Position numbers and translations under genes: made by a program. This document shows positions 26,196-38,640 of a stretch of 64,000 nucleotides of DNA, piece by piece. Origin of the DNA: Chiloscyllium plagiosum (Eukaryota). Below the pieces are notes generated by a model. It was not told the origin of the DNA. It saw only the letters and a program-made list of their open reading frames with translations, and ran no database searches. The DNA is taken from positions 3,893,902 to 3,957,901 of the forward strand of contig NC_057719.1 in assembly GCF_004010195.1 (NCBI RefSeq), in the 5' to 3' direction. Position 1 is the stretch's first letter, and each line of letters opens with the position of its first letter.

Positions 26196-27938
26196 AATGA
26201 TGCATAACAAGTAAAACATTGCAAAGAGCATGAATTTTTACTGTTCATCTTTCATTGTGCTTTGCCCATTGTTGGGGAGGTAGTAGTATGTGACCCTTTA
26301 CAAATTTGAGTCCGGAATGCAGGGACAGCAGGATGATTTAACCTGAAGAAACAACACAATGACCAAGCTTAATTCATATTAACCACATGACATAGAATAT
26401 AACTTTTCTTTCTCTTGGGATGTGTTGCATTGGCAGAATAGAATGTGAACTCATGGATGGTAGGTTGGTTAAGGCTGCTTCATTTCCTGAGGAATTTTAA
26501 TTGGTCATTAATGAGAACTATGTTTTTTTTTAATAGTGGAATGAAAATGGCCAGATTAATTGAAGATAATTGTATAATGGGTCTTGGTAGCATTCAGACA
26601 TGATCTTAATATTCTATTACCCAGCTTGTTTGTTTATCTTTAGATATTCTTTCTACTTGCTCCACTTGCAACCTTTTTTTTAAAGAAACTGATTTCTTAC
26701 TGTAACTAATTGTTTGTGCTATTCTACTTGATGTCTCATGCTAACTTGTTGACTGAAATTTCCACATTAAATACCCAAGTGATTCAACCTTTTGGGAAGT
26801 TAAGGCCTCACAATAAACAGCACAGAAAGGTGTCCCTAACGTCAAGTTTAAAAGAGGTGGGAGAAGCAAGGTTTTTCACACAAAGGGTGGGGAGTGCCTG
26901 GAACACACTGCCAGAGGAGGAAGCAGACACAACAGCAGCAATCAAGAAGCACCTGGATGAATACATGAATAGGAAGGGAATAGAGGGATATGAATCCTGT
27001 AAATGAAGGCAGTCTTGGAGGGGTAAAATATGCCAGCACAGGCGTGGGGGGGCCGAAGGGTCTGTTTCTATGCTTTGGTATCTAGACCCGAAATGTTAAC
27101 CCTACTTTCTCTCCACAGATAATGCCAGACCTAATGAGTTTCTCCAGCAATTCTTATTTTTGTTTCTGACGGATTCCATTATGCCTTCACTAATTTCTTT
27201 ATACCTCTTAACATTTAAAAGAAGCATATTAGCTAAAGGTGATAAAGATTGGTACGTGACAACACACAAAAACCAGATACATTCTAATCTGTCCACTACC
27301 ATCATAATTATAGTTTGAATCTGTCTCTTGATCTATATGGTATAATGAGCGACAATGAGGTACAGCAATATTATTTACAAATACAATAGTGTGTAGTTTG
27401 GAAGGGAATTTGCAAGAGATCTTTCTATGCAGTTGCTGACCATGACCTTTTAGATAGAGTTTGTTGGTTTGGAAGGTGTTGTTGAACTAATTGATGTGAT
27501 TCATAATAAGACTCGTCCAGTTCAGTGGTCAATGGTAATACCTGGCATGTCGATGGGGGATTGGTAATGGCATTGAACGTCAAGTGGAAGTGGTTAGATT
27601 TTCTTGTCAGGAAAAAAATCATTTTTTGGCATGATTGTTACTTGCCACTTATCAAACCAAGCCTGAATATTCATCTTTGTTGCATTTGGATATGTTTTGC
27701 TTCAGTGCCTGAGAAGTTGTGAAAGAGACTGAACTTTGTACAACCATCAGCAAGCATCCCCATTTCCCATTTAAGTAGCTGAAGATGTTTGGGCCTTGGG
27801 TACTGCCTTGAGGAAACCCCTGTAGCAATATTTTTGGCTCTGAGATGATTGACCTCCAAAAACCACAACCACTGCCCTTTTGTGCCAGATATAACTCCAA
27901 CCATCAGAGAGATTTCCTCCTGATTCCCATTGACTCCA

Positions 27939-28034
27939 TTCTGGATTAGTGGTGCTGGAAGAGCACAGCAATTCAGGCAGCATCCGAGGAGCAGTAAAAT
28001 CGACGTTTCGGGCAAAAGCCCTTCATCAGGAATC
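27939..28034 (-). mobile_element. 96-bp Penelope terminal fragment with hammerhead
   Basis: 14-bp TSD tcccattgactcca (27925-27938 / 28035-28048). Confidence 0.85.
28002..28029 (-). ncRNA. Minimal hammerhead ribozyme motif
   Basis: Minus strand CUGAUGA-A-GGGC(UUUU)GCCC-GAAACGUC. Confidence 0.75.
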
Positions 28035-28570
28035 TCCCATTGACTCCAGTTTTGATGTCACACATCAAATCAGCATTCAACAGAGGGCAAGAACAGTTAC
28101 CTCATCTCTGGAGGTCAGTTCTGTTGTCTGTGTTTGTATTTAGGCTGTAATGAGGTCAGGAGTTGAGTGGCCCTGGCAGAATGCAAACTGAATTTCAGTG
28201 AGCTGTTTTTTTTAATTTATTGGTGTGGTTATCACTGGCTAGGCCAGCATTTATTGCCCATCCTTAATTGCCCAGAAGGCAGTTAAGAATCAACCACATT
28301 GCTGTGGGTCTGGAGTCATGTGTAGGCCAGGGCTGGTAAGGATGTCAGGTTCCTTCCCTAAAGGACATTAGTGAACCAGATGGGTTTTTCCTGACAATTG
28401 ACCACGCTGATGGTGACGATTAAACTCTTAATTGCAGATTTTTATTGAATTCAAATTCTAGCATCTGATTGCCTTCAAACTCAGTTTACTAGAACATTGC
28501 CTGTGTCTCTGGATTAATCATCTAGTGATCATAACATTAAGCCATTAGATGTTGCTGAGTAGTGCCCTTT

Positions 28571-28907
28571 GGGGATGGCACGGTAGCTCAGTGGTTAGCA
28601 CTGCTGCCTCACAGCACCAGGGACTCGGTTTCAATTCCAGCCTCGGGTGACTGTGTGGAGTTTGCATATTCTCACTGTGTCTGTGTGGGTTTCCTCTGGA
28701 TGCTCCGGATTCCTCCCACAATCCAAAGGTGTGCAGGTCAGGTGAATTGGCTATGCTAAATTGCCCATAGTGCTAGGTGCTTTACTCAGGGGTAAATGTA
28801 GAATAGGGGAATGGGTCTGGCTGGGTTACTCTTCAGAGGGTCGGTGTGGACTTGTTGGGCCAAATGGCCTGTTTCCATACTGTAGAGTATCTAAACTAAT
28901 CTAATCT
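28571..28907 (+). mobile_element. HE1-type V-SINE
   Basis: tRNA-like head, V-domain, (ctaat) tail. Confidence 0.88.
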
Positions 28908-30712
28908 GATAGTACTGTTGATGATGCCTTCCATCACTTTACGGATGATCAAGAGTAGATTGGGGCAGTTATTGTCTGGGTTGGGATTTTCATGCTTTTT
29001 GTAAATAGGATATTTCTGGGCATTTTTCCATATTGCTGTTTGGAGTGTGGTAGCTGGACTGGAACAGCTTGAATTGAGGCATGGCTAGATTTGGAACATA
29101 AGTTTCCAGGACTATATTTGGAATATTGCCAGATGCCATGGCCTTTGCAGTGTCTGGTGCCTTCAACCATTACATGATATGGCATGGAGTGGCTAAATAC
29201 TGGCAGCTATGATACTGAGCACCACACGAAGAGGCCAAGATTGATTATCAATTCAGTGTTTTTGGCTGAAGACTGTTGTAAATACCTTGTGTTTTGCAGC
29301 GATGTGCTGGGCTTCTCCATATTTGAGAATAGGAATATTTGTGGAACCAGCTTTACCGGTTAGGTGTTGAATAGTTTTTAACCACTATTTACGTCTGGAT
29401 GTGGCAGGACTGCAGAGCTTACTGTGTGTGTTGCAATATTGCTTAGCTCCACACAGATGCTGCCAGACCTGCTGAGTTTCCCAGCAATTTCTATCTTTGT
29501 AGATTTCCGCTTTTAGCTCTTTCATCACCTCCTGTAGACCCAGTCTTGCAGCTATGTCCTTCAGAACTCCTCCTGTTTGATTAGCAATGGTGCTACTGAG
29601 CCACTCTTTGTGATGGACTTGAAATCTCTTCACCTCCATCCAGAGTTCGTTCCACATTCTTACCAACTTCAGTGCTTCTTAAAATTGGTGTTCAGCATGG
29701 AGGAATATTGATTCATCAGCCGAGGCATTTGTTGGGGCTTGTGATAGGTGTTTTTAATCATTCATGGGATGGGGATGGCACTGGCTAGGCCTGCATTTAT
29801 TGCCCGACCCTAATTGTCCAGAGGGCAGTTTAGAGTCACCCACATTGCTGTGGGTCTGGAGTCACATATAGACCAGACCAGGTAAAGATGTCAATTTCCT
29901 TCCCCTAAAGGACACAAATGAGCCAGATGGGTTTTCCCTGACCATTGGCAATGGTTTCGTAGTCATCATTAGATTCTTAATTCCAGATTTTTTTTAAAAT
30001 TCACATTCCACCATCTGCCATGGTGAGATTCCAACCCGGGTCCCCAGGACATACTGGATCTCTGGATTAATAGTCCATTTATTATACCACTCAGCCATTG
30101 CCTCCATGCCCATGTTTGACCTGAAGCCATGAGACTTCATTGCACCCGGATCAAAGTTGAGGACTCCCTCCCAAGTACTTCCACTCTTAATGGGTTTGCT
30201 CTGCTTCTGGGCCAGGACATACCCAGGAATGGTAATACAGGTATCCTTTACCAAGTATGATTACACTATTGCTCAACTTGTCTGTATCTCTCCTACAAAC
30301 AGAAACTCTGGATGTTAGTAAGGAGAAATCTGCAGGAATGACCAGATGAACCATTGTTTTTCTGATGCTTAGTCTCTTGCCAGGTGGACCAAAATAATTA
30401 ATTCATTTTATTATGCTTTGTATCGGTTTGGTAGCACTGAATGGCTTGCTAGGCCATTTCTTAGGGTATTTACAAGTCAACCACATTTCTGTGGTATGGA
30501 GTTGGTAAGGACAGCTGAATTTCTTCCCTAAAGAATATTAATAAACCAGGTGGGTTTTTAGGATAATTTACAGTGGTTTAGTAATCATGCACTAGCTTTT
30601 AATTCCAGATTTATTAATCGAATTTAAATTTCACCTGCTACTTTGGTAGGACTTGAACCTGTATCCCCAGAGTATTAACCTGGACCTTGTTTGTACAATG
30701 ACTTTTTTTTTC

Positions 30713-31120
30713 ACTGGAGCATAAGAGGTTGAGGGGTGACCTTATGGAGGTTTATAAAATCATGAGGAATATAGATAAAGTGAATGGCAGATATCTTTAT
30801 CCTAGAGTGGGGGATTTCAAGACTAAGGGACATATTTTTAAGGTGAGAGGAGAAAGATTTTAAAAAAGACATGAGGGGCAACCTTTTTTTTTACACAGAA
30901 TGGTTTGTATGTGGAATGATCCTCCAGATGAAGTGGTGGATGCGAGTAAAGTTACAACATTGAAAAGGCATTTGGATAAGTACATGAATAATAAATGTTT
31001 GGAGGGATACTGGACAAGTGCAGGCAAGTGGGACTAGTTTGGTTTGGGGTTATGGTTAGTGTGAACTGGTTGGACCAAAGAGTCTGTTTGCTTCTGTGCT
31101 GCATGACTTTATGACTCTAC
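30713..31120 (+). mobile_element. CR1 LINE 3' end (similar 3' ends ~26855-27080, 35030-35495, 40810-41150, 42007-42512)
   Basis: LE.KRLRGDLMEVYKIMR motif and CR1 3' UTR. Confidence 0.8.
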
Positions 31121-32387
31121 ATCATTGCTTCCACTATGTCTCGCCAATCTGCTCAATTTTGCTTCGGCTATCACATCCTGACTTGCTGCTTAATTAACAC
31201 CTCAAGCCAAGGAGTGTCTTTGGAGTGTCTTTTAAGAGCTGTGAATATCATGGTGAAATATAACACTATGAAAACATCATATCATGGAGACAAAATACCA
31301 CAGGGATGTTATTGTTATGGTATGCGGGCAGTCAGGTAAGTAAGAGTGCTGGCTGAGGCAGTAATTATGGCAGCTGTAATAATAAACTATCATACTGAGG
31401 AATTTACTCTGCATCGCACAAAAGGAAGCAGCAAATTTGGCAGGTACATGTATGCATAAAAGATTTCTCAGGCCATATCTATCCAGTAATGGTGCAGATG
31501 TTAATTTGAAAATCTAATCACTCGATGCTTTATTACTTTCTCAGAAGAGAATGGTTCATGGTCAGGAGTGAATCTAGGTGGATCATGGAATTATTGCACT
31601 GCAGAAGGAGTCCATTCAGCTCTCTTGTCTGCTCTGGCCCTCTGAACGAGCAATGTGATTTAGTACCAATCTCTTGCATTTTTCTCTTGTGCATTGTTTT
31701 CCATTTAAATATTCACTAATGCTCTCTTAAATGCCTCAGTTGAACTTACCTTCATCACAATTCCAAGTAGTGCATTCCAGACCCTAACTACTCATTGTGT
31801 GAAAAAGTTTTTTAAATCTGGATCTTAAATGGAAAGCAGTTGCTTTAATCTAATCTTACTGTTTTTCAGTATTTGGAGTTGAGGCTTGTTGGAGTGAGGG
31901 GGCAACGTAGACAAGGCATAGACATTGGCTGAGGGTAGTGCTGATAAGTGAGTTTTTCAAATGTATTAACTCCCTCAGTTTAATAAGCAGGAAAGGGTTT
32001 TCAGTAAGCTCTTGTTTTGACATGTTTACTGATGAATTAGAAACTTTTTGCATTCATTCTTGCAATGTACCAGTCATTAACAAATCTGGAATTTATTGTT
32101 TATCCCTAATTTTTCTTGTGGTATGGTGAGTTACTGCCATGAACCACTTTTGGTCAAATGTAGTGATGGTATTACAGCAGTAATGACAAGACTTTGACCC
32201 ACAATGGTAAAACATAGGTAATACTGTATAGTTAATGGTATGAGTTTTCAGCAGAGTGTTTTACCTGATGCAGCAATGGTTCTTATCTAGGAGAAAGTGA
32301 GGACTGCAGATGCTGGAAATCAGAGCTGAAAAATGTGTTGCTTGAAAAGCGCAGCAGGTCAGGCAGCATCCAAGGAGGAGGAGAATC

Positions 32388-32415
32388 GACGTTTCGGGCA
32401 TAAGCCCTTCTTCAG
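32388..32415 (-). ncRNA. Minimal hammerhead ribozyme motif
   Basis: Minus strand CUGAAGA-A-GGGC(UUAU)GCCC-GAAACGUC. Confidence 0.75.
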
Positions 32416-32432
32416 GAATGGCTTCTTCATTC

Positions 32433-32460
32433 CTGAAGAAGGGCTTATGCCCGAAACGTC
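32433..32460 (+). ncRNA. Minimal hammerhead ribozyme motif
   Basis: CUGAAGA-A-GGGC(UUAU)GCCC-GAAACGUC. Confidence 0.75.
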
Positions 32461-33210
32461 GATTCTCCTGCTCCTTGGATGCTGCCTGACCTGCTGCGGT
32501 TTTCCAGCAACACATTTTTCAGAATGGTTCTTATCTCCCATGACATCATAAACTGGGCATGGAAAATGGGATTGAAGACAACAACAGACATATTACAACA
32601 ATTATACACAAATATTGCACCACTCAGCCACATAAGTATCTGGGCTGACATTAAGCTATGCTATAACAGAGGACCATGCTTCCAATAGCACACTATGCTT
32701 CAAATCTCCAAAGTAAGGAGTATGAGACCTTTACACTCGAGGTCACATTCTGTGTTACACAGATGATAGCATGATGTATACTGAGTGTAAGACATAACAC
32801 AACAGTTGCAAGTTAGAATGGTATGTGCCTTGAAGGGGGACTTGCAGGAGGTGATACTCCCATGTATCTGCTGACCTTGTTTCCTTTTGTGGAGTTGATC
32901 ACCGGTTTCAAAGGCACCTTAGTGAGTTGCTGAAGTGCCAGTGTTGGAAGGAATGAATGCTGAAGGTGTTAGATTGTTAATAATATAGGCTGTTTTAAGA
33001 TTCTTGTCCTTAAAAAGCTTTCATGTAATAAAAACTCCTGTGTTCCTCTTTGACTAAGTCATTGTTTTTCTCATCTCAGCAGAGCTGTTACTACTTGACA
33101 GGACTTGGAAACATCAAGGTCTAATTTCCATTTAACCACATTTCCCCACAGTTTTTTAAATGGTCTCTTGGGAGATCTCATACAGAGCTGTAACTCCATA
33201 ATTTAGACTT

Positions 33211-33316
33211 GATGTGGAGGTACTGGTGTTGGACTGGGGTGGACAAAGTTAAAAATCACACAACACCAGGTTATAGTCCAACAGTTGGACTATAACCTAA
33301 TGTGATTTTTAACTTC
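33211..33316. mobile_element. Inverted fragment of a second Penelope-type family (same family at 41382-41459)
   Basis: gttaaaaatcaca..ggttatagtccaac / gttggactataacc..gtgatttttaac inverted pair. The 41382 copy has a degenerate hammerhead. Confidence 0.6.
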
Positions 33317-33580
33317 ATTCATACTGGCATTCCAGTGTGATACTGAGGCAGTGCTGCTCTGTCAGCGAATCCAGGACTGAGGGAGTGCTGCTGTATCAGA
33401 TCAGCAAGGACTGAGGAAGTGCCACACTATTGGAAAGGCAGTGCTGAGGGATGTGGAAGAGGGGGAGATGGCAGAGAACTGGGACAATATAGAGCAGATG
33501 GGGAGTTTGAAATGGGGCCTGTGCTGTTGTGGATGGCATAAACTATAAGGAATGCAATGGAGAACACCTGAAGCTTTTAA

Positions 33581-33908
33581 GAATCAAAGAATCCCCACAG
33601 TGTGGAAGCAGGCCATTCAGCCCATCGAGTCCACACCGACCCTCCAAACAGCATCCCATCCATACCAACCCCTTTGCCCTATTCCCTGTATTTCCCATAG
33701 CTAATCCACATAGCCTACACATCCCCAGACACAATTAGTATTTTAACATTGCCAATCCACTTCACCTGCCTGTCTTTTTAGACTGTGAGAGGAAACCAGA
33801 GGAAACCCATACAGACACAGGGAGAATGCACAAACTCCATACAGACAGTTATCTGAGGCTAGAATCAAACCTGAGGCAGCAGGACTAACCACTGAGCCAT
33901 CGTGTTGC
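33581..33908 (-). mobile_element. HE1-type V-SINE (other - strand copies 34167-34377, 50064-50414, 55172-55368)
   Basis: Reverse complement of head and V-domain (ctaaccactgagcca, caaactccacacagac). Confidence 0.85.
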
Positions 33909-34166
33909 TTTAAGGTGTCACTTAAAGGAGAACATTATATCTGTACATTGGCAGCACTGGTTAGGCTGCAGGCTCCATCCTTGAGTTGTCTGATGTCTGC
34001 GAGGGTTCCAGAAATTATTGCCTAGGCCCTTATTATCATAAATAAGGAGTGCCAAGGCCCCTGAAGAGTGAATGAGTCCACATGAAATTAGACATTTTTC
34101 AGGGGAAAATAGGAACATAGAATCAAGAGTAAACCATTGAGCCCATCAAGCCTGCCAACCGGTACA

Positions 34167-34225
34167 ATTAGATTAGATTAGATTAGATTAGATTAGATTA
34201 GATTAGATTAGATTAGATTAGATTA
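34167..34225. repeat. (ATTAG)n microsatellite, the expanded tail of a truncated HE1 SINE
   Basis: About 12 perfect units directly abutting the SINE 3' end. A shorter version lies at 55172-55196. Confidence 0.95.
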
Positions 34226-35489
34226 CTTACAGTATGGAAACAGGCCCTTCGGCCCAACAAGTCCACACCGCCCCGCCGAAGCGAAACCCACCCATACCCC
34301 TACATTTACCCCTTACCTAACACTACGGGCAATTTAGCATGGCCAATTCACCTGGCCTGCACATCTTTGGACTGTGGCTAATTGTGGCTAATTGAACACT
34401 TCAATGGCTTTTACTCACCCCATTCTCATAACTTTGTTTACCACTGGTAATCAGAAATCTGTTCATTTTTACCTTTTGATATACTCAAACCCTGAGCTTC
34501 CACAGCCTTCTTTGGTACAGAATTCCAAAAGTTCACAACCCTCTGAGTAAAGTAATACTCACCATCTGTGACCTAAATGGCATTCCCCTAATTTTTAATT
34601 TGTGACCCCTGCTTCCATACTTTCCAAGTGGCAGTAGACTAGGAAGCTCCATTTCTCAGGGGGGTGTTGGCTTAGTGGCATTATCTCTCGACTGTTAATC
34701 CGGAGACCAAGATAATGTTTTCGGGATCTGGGTTCGAAACCTGTCATGGCAAAATGGTAGAATTAGAATTCAATAAATATCTGGAATTAAGAGTCTAATG
34801 ATGACCATGAATTGATTGTCAATTGTTGGGAAAAATCCACCTGTGTCACTAATGCCCTTTTGGGCAAGGAAACTGCCATCCTTACTGCCCCTGAAGTGGT
34901 TTTTATTCATTCATACGTTGAGGGCTGTGCTGGCTAGGCCACATTTATTGCCCAATCCTAATTGCCCAGAAGGCAGTTTAAGAGTCATCCACATTGTTGT
35001 GGGCCAGACCAGGTGAAGATGGCAGTTACTCTAGGTTGACAGGGTAGTTAAGAAAACCTACAGGATGTTTGCTTTTGTCAGTTGTGACAGAATATTAGAA
35101 CAGGGAGATCATGTTGAAGCTTTACAGAACTTTGGTTAGGCCACAGCTGGAAAACTGTATTGTGTGCAGTTCTGTTCGCCTCACTACAGGAATGATTTGA
35201 TTGCAATGGAGATACTGGAGATGATGCAAATGAGTTTCACCAGGATGTTGCCAGGAATGGAACATTTCAGCTAAGAAGAAACTGGGCTTATTCAGCCTTA
35301 TTTTCTTTGGAGCAGAAAATGTTGAGCGGGGACATGATAGTGGTGTGTAAATTCAGGGGCAAGGGCAAGTAAGTATAAAGCAGCTGTGCTTTAGTCAAAG
35401 GTTTAGTATGGAAAAGTGGGACTAGTGTTGATAGTATATTTATTGGTGGTACAGGCTCATTGGGTTGAAGGGTCTCTTCTGTACTCTGA

Positions 35490-38400
35490 GTCTGATTCCA
35501 ACCAGGGAAAACACCTATTTTGCTACCCCTTTTCAAGTATTTTGTAAGTTTCAATTAAATCACCACTTTTTCTTCAAAACTCTAGCAATTACATGCCCGG
35601 TTGTCCCGGTCTCTTGACGGGACAGTTCTACCATCCTGTGAACAAGTCTGGTGAAACTTTAATTGCATTCTCTTTATGGCAATGACATTTTCCTGAAAGA
35701 AGGAGACCAAGATTGCGCACAATACTCCAGGAATAGATAACCAAGTTAATAATCAAGTATAAGAAAGAAATTGCTATTTTTGTACCCAATCCTATTATGA
35801 TAATGGCTAACATTCCTCCAATCACTAACATTCCTCCATTCCTAAGACCTTGATGGACCTAAATGTTAGCCTTCGATGACTTATTAACAAGGTCACCCAG
35901 GTCCCTTTGCATATCCACACTTGTCAGTCGTTTACTATTTAAGAAATACTCTGCATGTGTTTCTCCTACCAAAGTGGATAGCCTCACGTTTTCCACCTTG
36001 TATTTACATCTATCATGTTCTAATTCACCTACTCAGTAAGACTGCTTAAATTCTCCTGTAGCCACTTTACATCTTCCTCACATCACACCCCCACTTAGTT
36101 TTCTATTGGCCACGCATTTGGAAATATTACATTTGGTTTTCACTTCCCAATCCCTGATATATAATGTGAACTGCTGGGACCTATGTACTTATCCTGAGAG
36201 TACCCACTAGTCACACCCTGTCAATGTAAGAATTATCTATTTATTCCTACTCCCTATTTATTTTCTGTCTTGGCCAATCGTTTGTCCATGCCAGTGCATC
36301 ACCTCACACCTCTTGTGCTTTAACATTTCTAAACAGCCTCCTGTGCGGGACTTTCTCAGAGATGGATTTTGTGGGTTTGTTTTCCTGGCGTTGAGGAATC
36401 ATGGTGGAGAGTGGGTTATGATCAGGATGTTTCCTTTTCTTTTGGCTTTTAGAGTCATAGAGATGTACAGCACGGAAACAGACCCTTCAGTCCATCTCAT
36501 CCCCGCTGACCAGATATCCTAACCTAATCTAGTCCCATTTGCCAACACTTGACCCATATCCCTCTAAATCCATTCTATTCATATACCCAGGAGAAAGTGA
36601 GGACTGCAAATGCTGGAGATCAGAGCTTAAAAATGTGTTGCTGGAAAAGCGGCAGCTCATTCCATACATGTACCATCCTTTGCATGAAAAAGTTGCCCCT
36701 TAGGTCTCTTTTATATCTTTCCCCTCTCACCCTAAACCTATGCCCTCTAGTTCTGGACTGCCCCACCCCAGGGGAAAAACCTTGTCTATTTACCCTATCC
36801 ATGCCCCTTATGATTTTGTAAACCTCGATAAGGTTACCTGTCAGCCTCTGATGCTCCAGGGAAAACAGCCCCAGCCTATTCAGCCTCTCCCGATAGCTCA
36901 AATCCTGTAACCCTGGCAACATCCTTGTAAATCTTTTCCGAACCCTTTCAAGTTTGTCAACATCCTTCTGATAGGAGGGAGACCAGAATTGCAGACAACT
37001 TTCCAAAGGTGGCCTAACCAATGTCCTGTACAGCCGCAACATGACCTACCAACTCCTGTACTCAATACTCTGACCAATATGAGAAAGCATACTAAATGCC
37101 TTCACGCTCTTATCCATCTGCAACTCCACTTTCAATGAACTATTCTTTCATTTTGGTTTCTGGTTTTAATCCTGTCTTTTGTATGCTAAGATGGCAGTAG
37201 AGAATGGCGACTTTGTACACTTTTCACTGTACTCCTGGATTCCTGTGCTCTAGTGCAATTAAATTTAAATCCAAGCAAACTACTTCCATCAGGTCCTGGG
37301 GATTTATCAACTTTCAGCCCCATTAATTTGTCCAGTATGATATTTTTTACTAACATCAATTTCTTTCAATCCCTCATTATCCCTAGCCTCTTGGATCTCT
37401 AATTCTGGGGGTTTCTTGAATATTCCTGAGTGACAACAGATGCTAAATGATCTTTCGGAATCACTGTCATTTCTCTCTTCTCTAATATAAATACTCCGAC
37501 TCTGCCTACCTAATGGATTAACATTTGCAACGTATAGAAAATTTATTTTCCATTTCTGTTTTTTGTTGCAAGGTTGTATTCATATTCAATTCTCCGTTTC
37601 TTTATCAGTTTCAGAGTTCTCCTTTCTTGTATTCTATAAATTCACAATCCTCAGAATTACTGCTATTTGTGGCAACTTTTCTTTTAATCCTATCCAATTG
37701 ATCATATCCAGTGGGTCAACAAACTCACTTCCAAACATAATGTAAGATTCTATCATATTTTGGTCATTTATCCCTAAAGATCCATATACAATAAGGAAGG
37801 TAATGGCCTTGTGGTATTACCGCTAGACTAGTAATCCAGAGAATCAGAAAAATGTCCTCCTGACCTGAGTTCGAACCACCAATGGTGAGGCACTAGCAAA
37901 TCTTCCTGGGGCATATTAGTCATGGTCTTATTATGATGCTCTCCCTTCTAAACCAATTCTCCACCCATGTATTTATACAATCAATCAAGCAATCAATCCT
38001 CATTTTCTTCTAGTCACTTGTGCGAGTAACTGGAGTCATCCTGAGGTGACTGCCTTTGAGATTTTCCTTTTTAAATTTCTTTGTAACTCACTGAAATCTG
38101 TCTTCACGACCACATCATTTGGTCTAATGACATAGTTATGACACTGTGGGCCACAATACCTGGCAGATCCCCATCTCCCTTCGCAATGGCCTGCAGTCAT
38201 GCTGTGTCATCCTTGACCCTGCCACCAAAAATGCAACCTGCTGCCTTGTTTACTGCCACAGAAACACTCTTGGATCCCCTGCCTGTGGGATACTGTATCA
38301 TTATTACCCTTCTACTTTTTTCTCCTCCCTTCTTCAATTGAGTCACCTGTGGTGTCATGGGGTTGGCTCTTGCTGAACTGTCCTGACGAACCATCACCTC

Positions 38401-38640
38401 AGCAGTTTTCAAAATGGAATACTGATTAGCAAACACGATAGACTCAGGGAACACTTACGCTACCTGCCTGGTTTTCGTAGACTGCCTGCTACTCACCGAT
38501 TTCCCCCTCTGTCTGTCCATTTCTAATCTGTGGTGTGACCAACCCCCTATACTTGCTATCCATGTAGTCATCTGCTCCACAGAAGGCATGACTGTGGTTC
38601 CAACTGCTGCCCAAGTTCTGAACATTTCCTCTTCTGCTCA
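35490..38640 (-). mobile_element. CR1 LINE fragments, including a younger copy at ~36449-37140 interrupted by a Penelope fragment (36589-36650)
   Basis: LYRTLVRPPLESCLQFWSP..LGLFSLEHQRL motif. Older RT and ORF1 remnants flank it. Confidence 0.75.

Larger units (their letters stand above)
27430..30690 (-). mobile_element. Second APE-type LINE family, long decayed copy with tRNA-like 5' head and several nested insertions
   Basis: Endonuclease remnants TIPGYVLAQKQ and VHHKEWLSST..LKDIAARLGLQ, RT remnant GFPQGSTQGPNIFS. SINE-B-like head at 30440-30690. Confidence 0.7.
32289..32522. mobile_element. Palindromic Penelope terminal fragment with two hammerheads
   Basis: 95-bp inverted arms (32326-32420 / 32428-32522, 3 mismatches). 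14-bp TSD aatggttcttatct. Confidence 0.9.

Noticed and set aside
18490..28640. tRNA-like sequences with A/B boxes
   Set aside because: They are SINE heads followed by SINE bodies, with no complete cloverleaf, so not tRNA genes.
32289..32522. Long hairpins as pre-miRNA genes, MITEs or CRISPR-like repeats
   Set aside because: The arms are Penelope terminal sequence with 14-16 bp TSDs. There is no repeat-spacer periodicity and no cas genes, and the DNA is vertebrate.
34167..34225. (TTAGA)n as an interstitial telomere
   Set aside because: It is not TTAGGG and is attached to a SINE 3' end as its tail.
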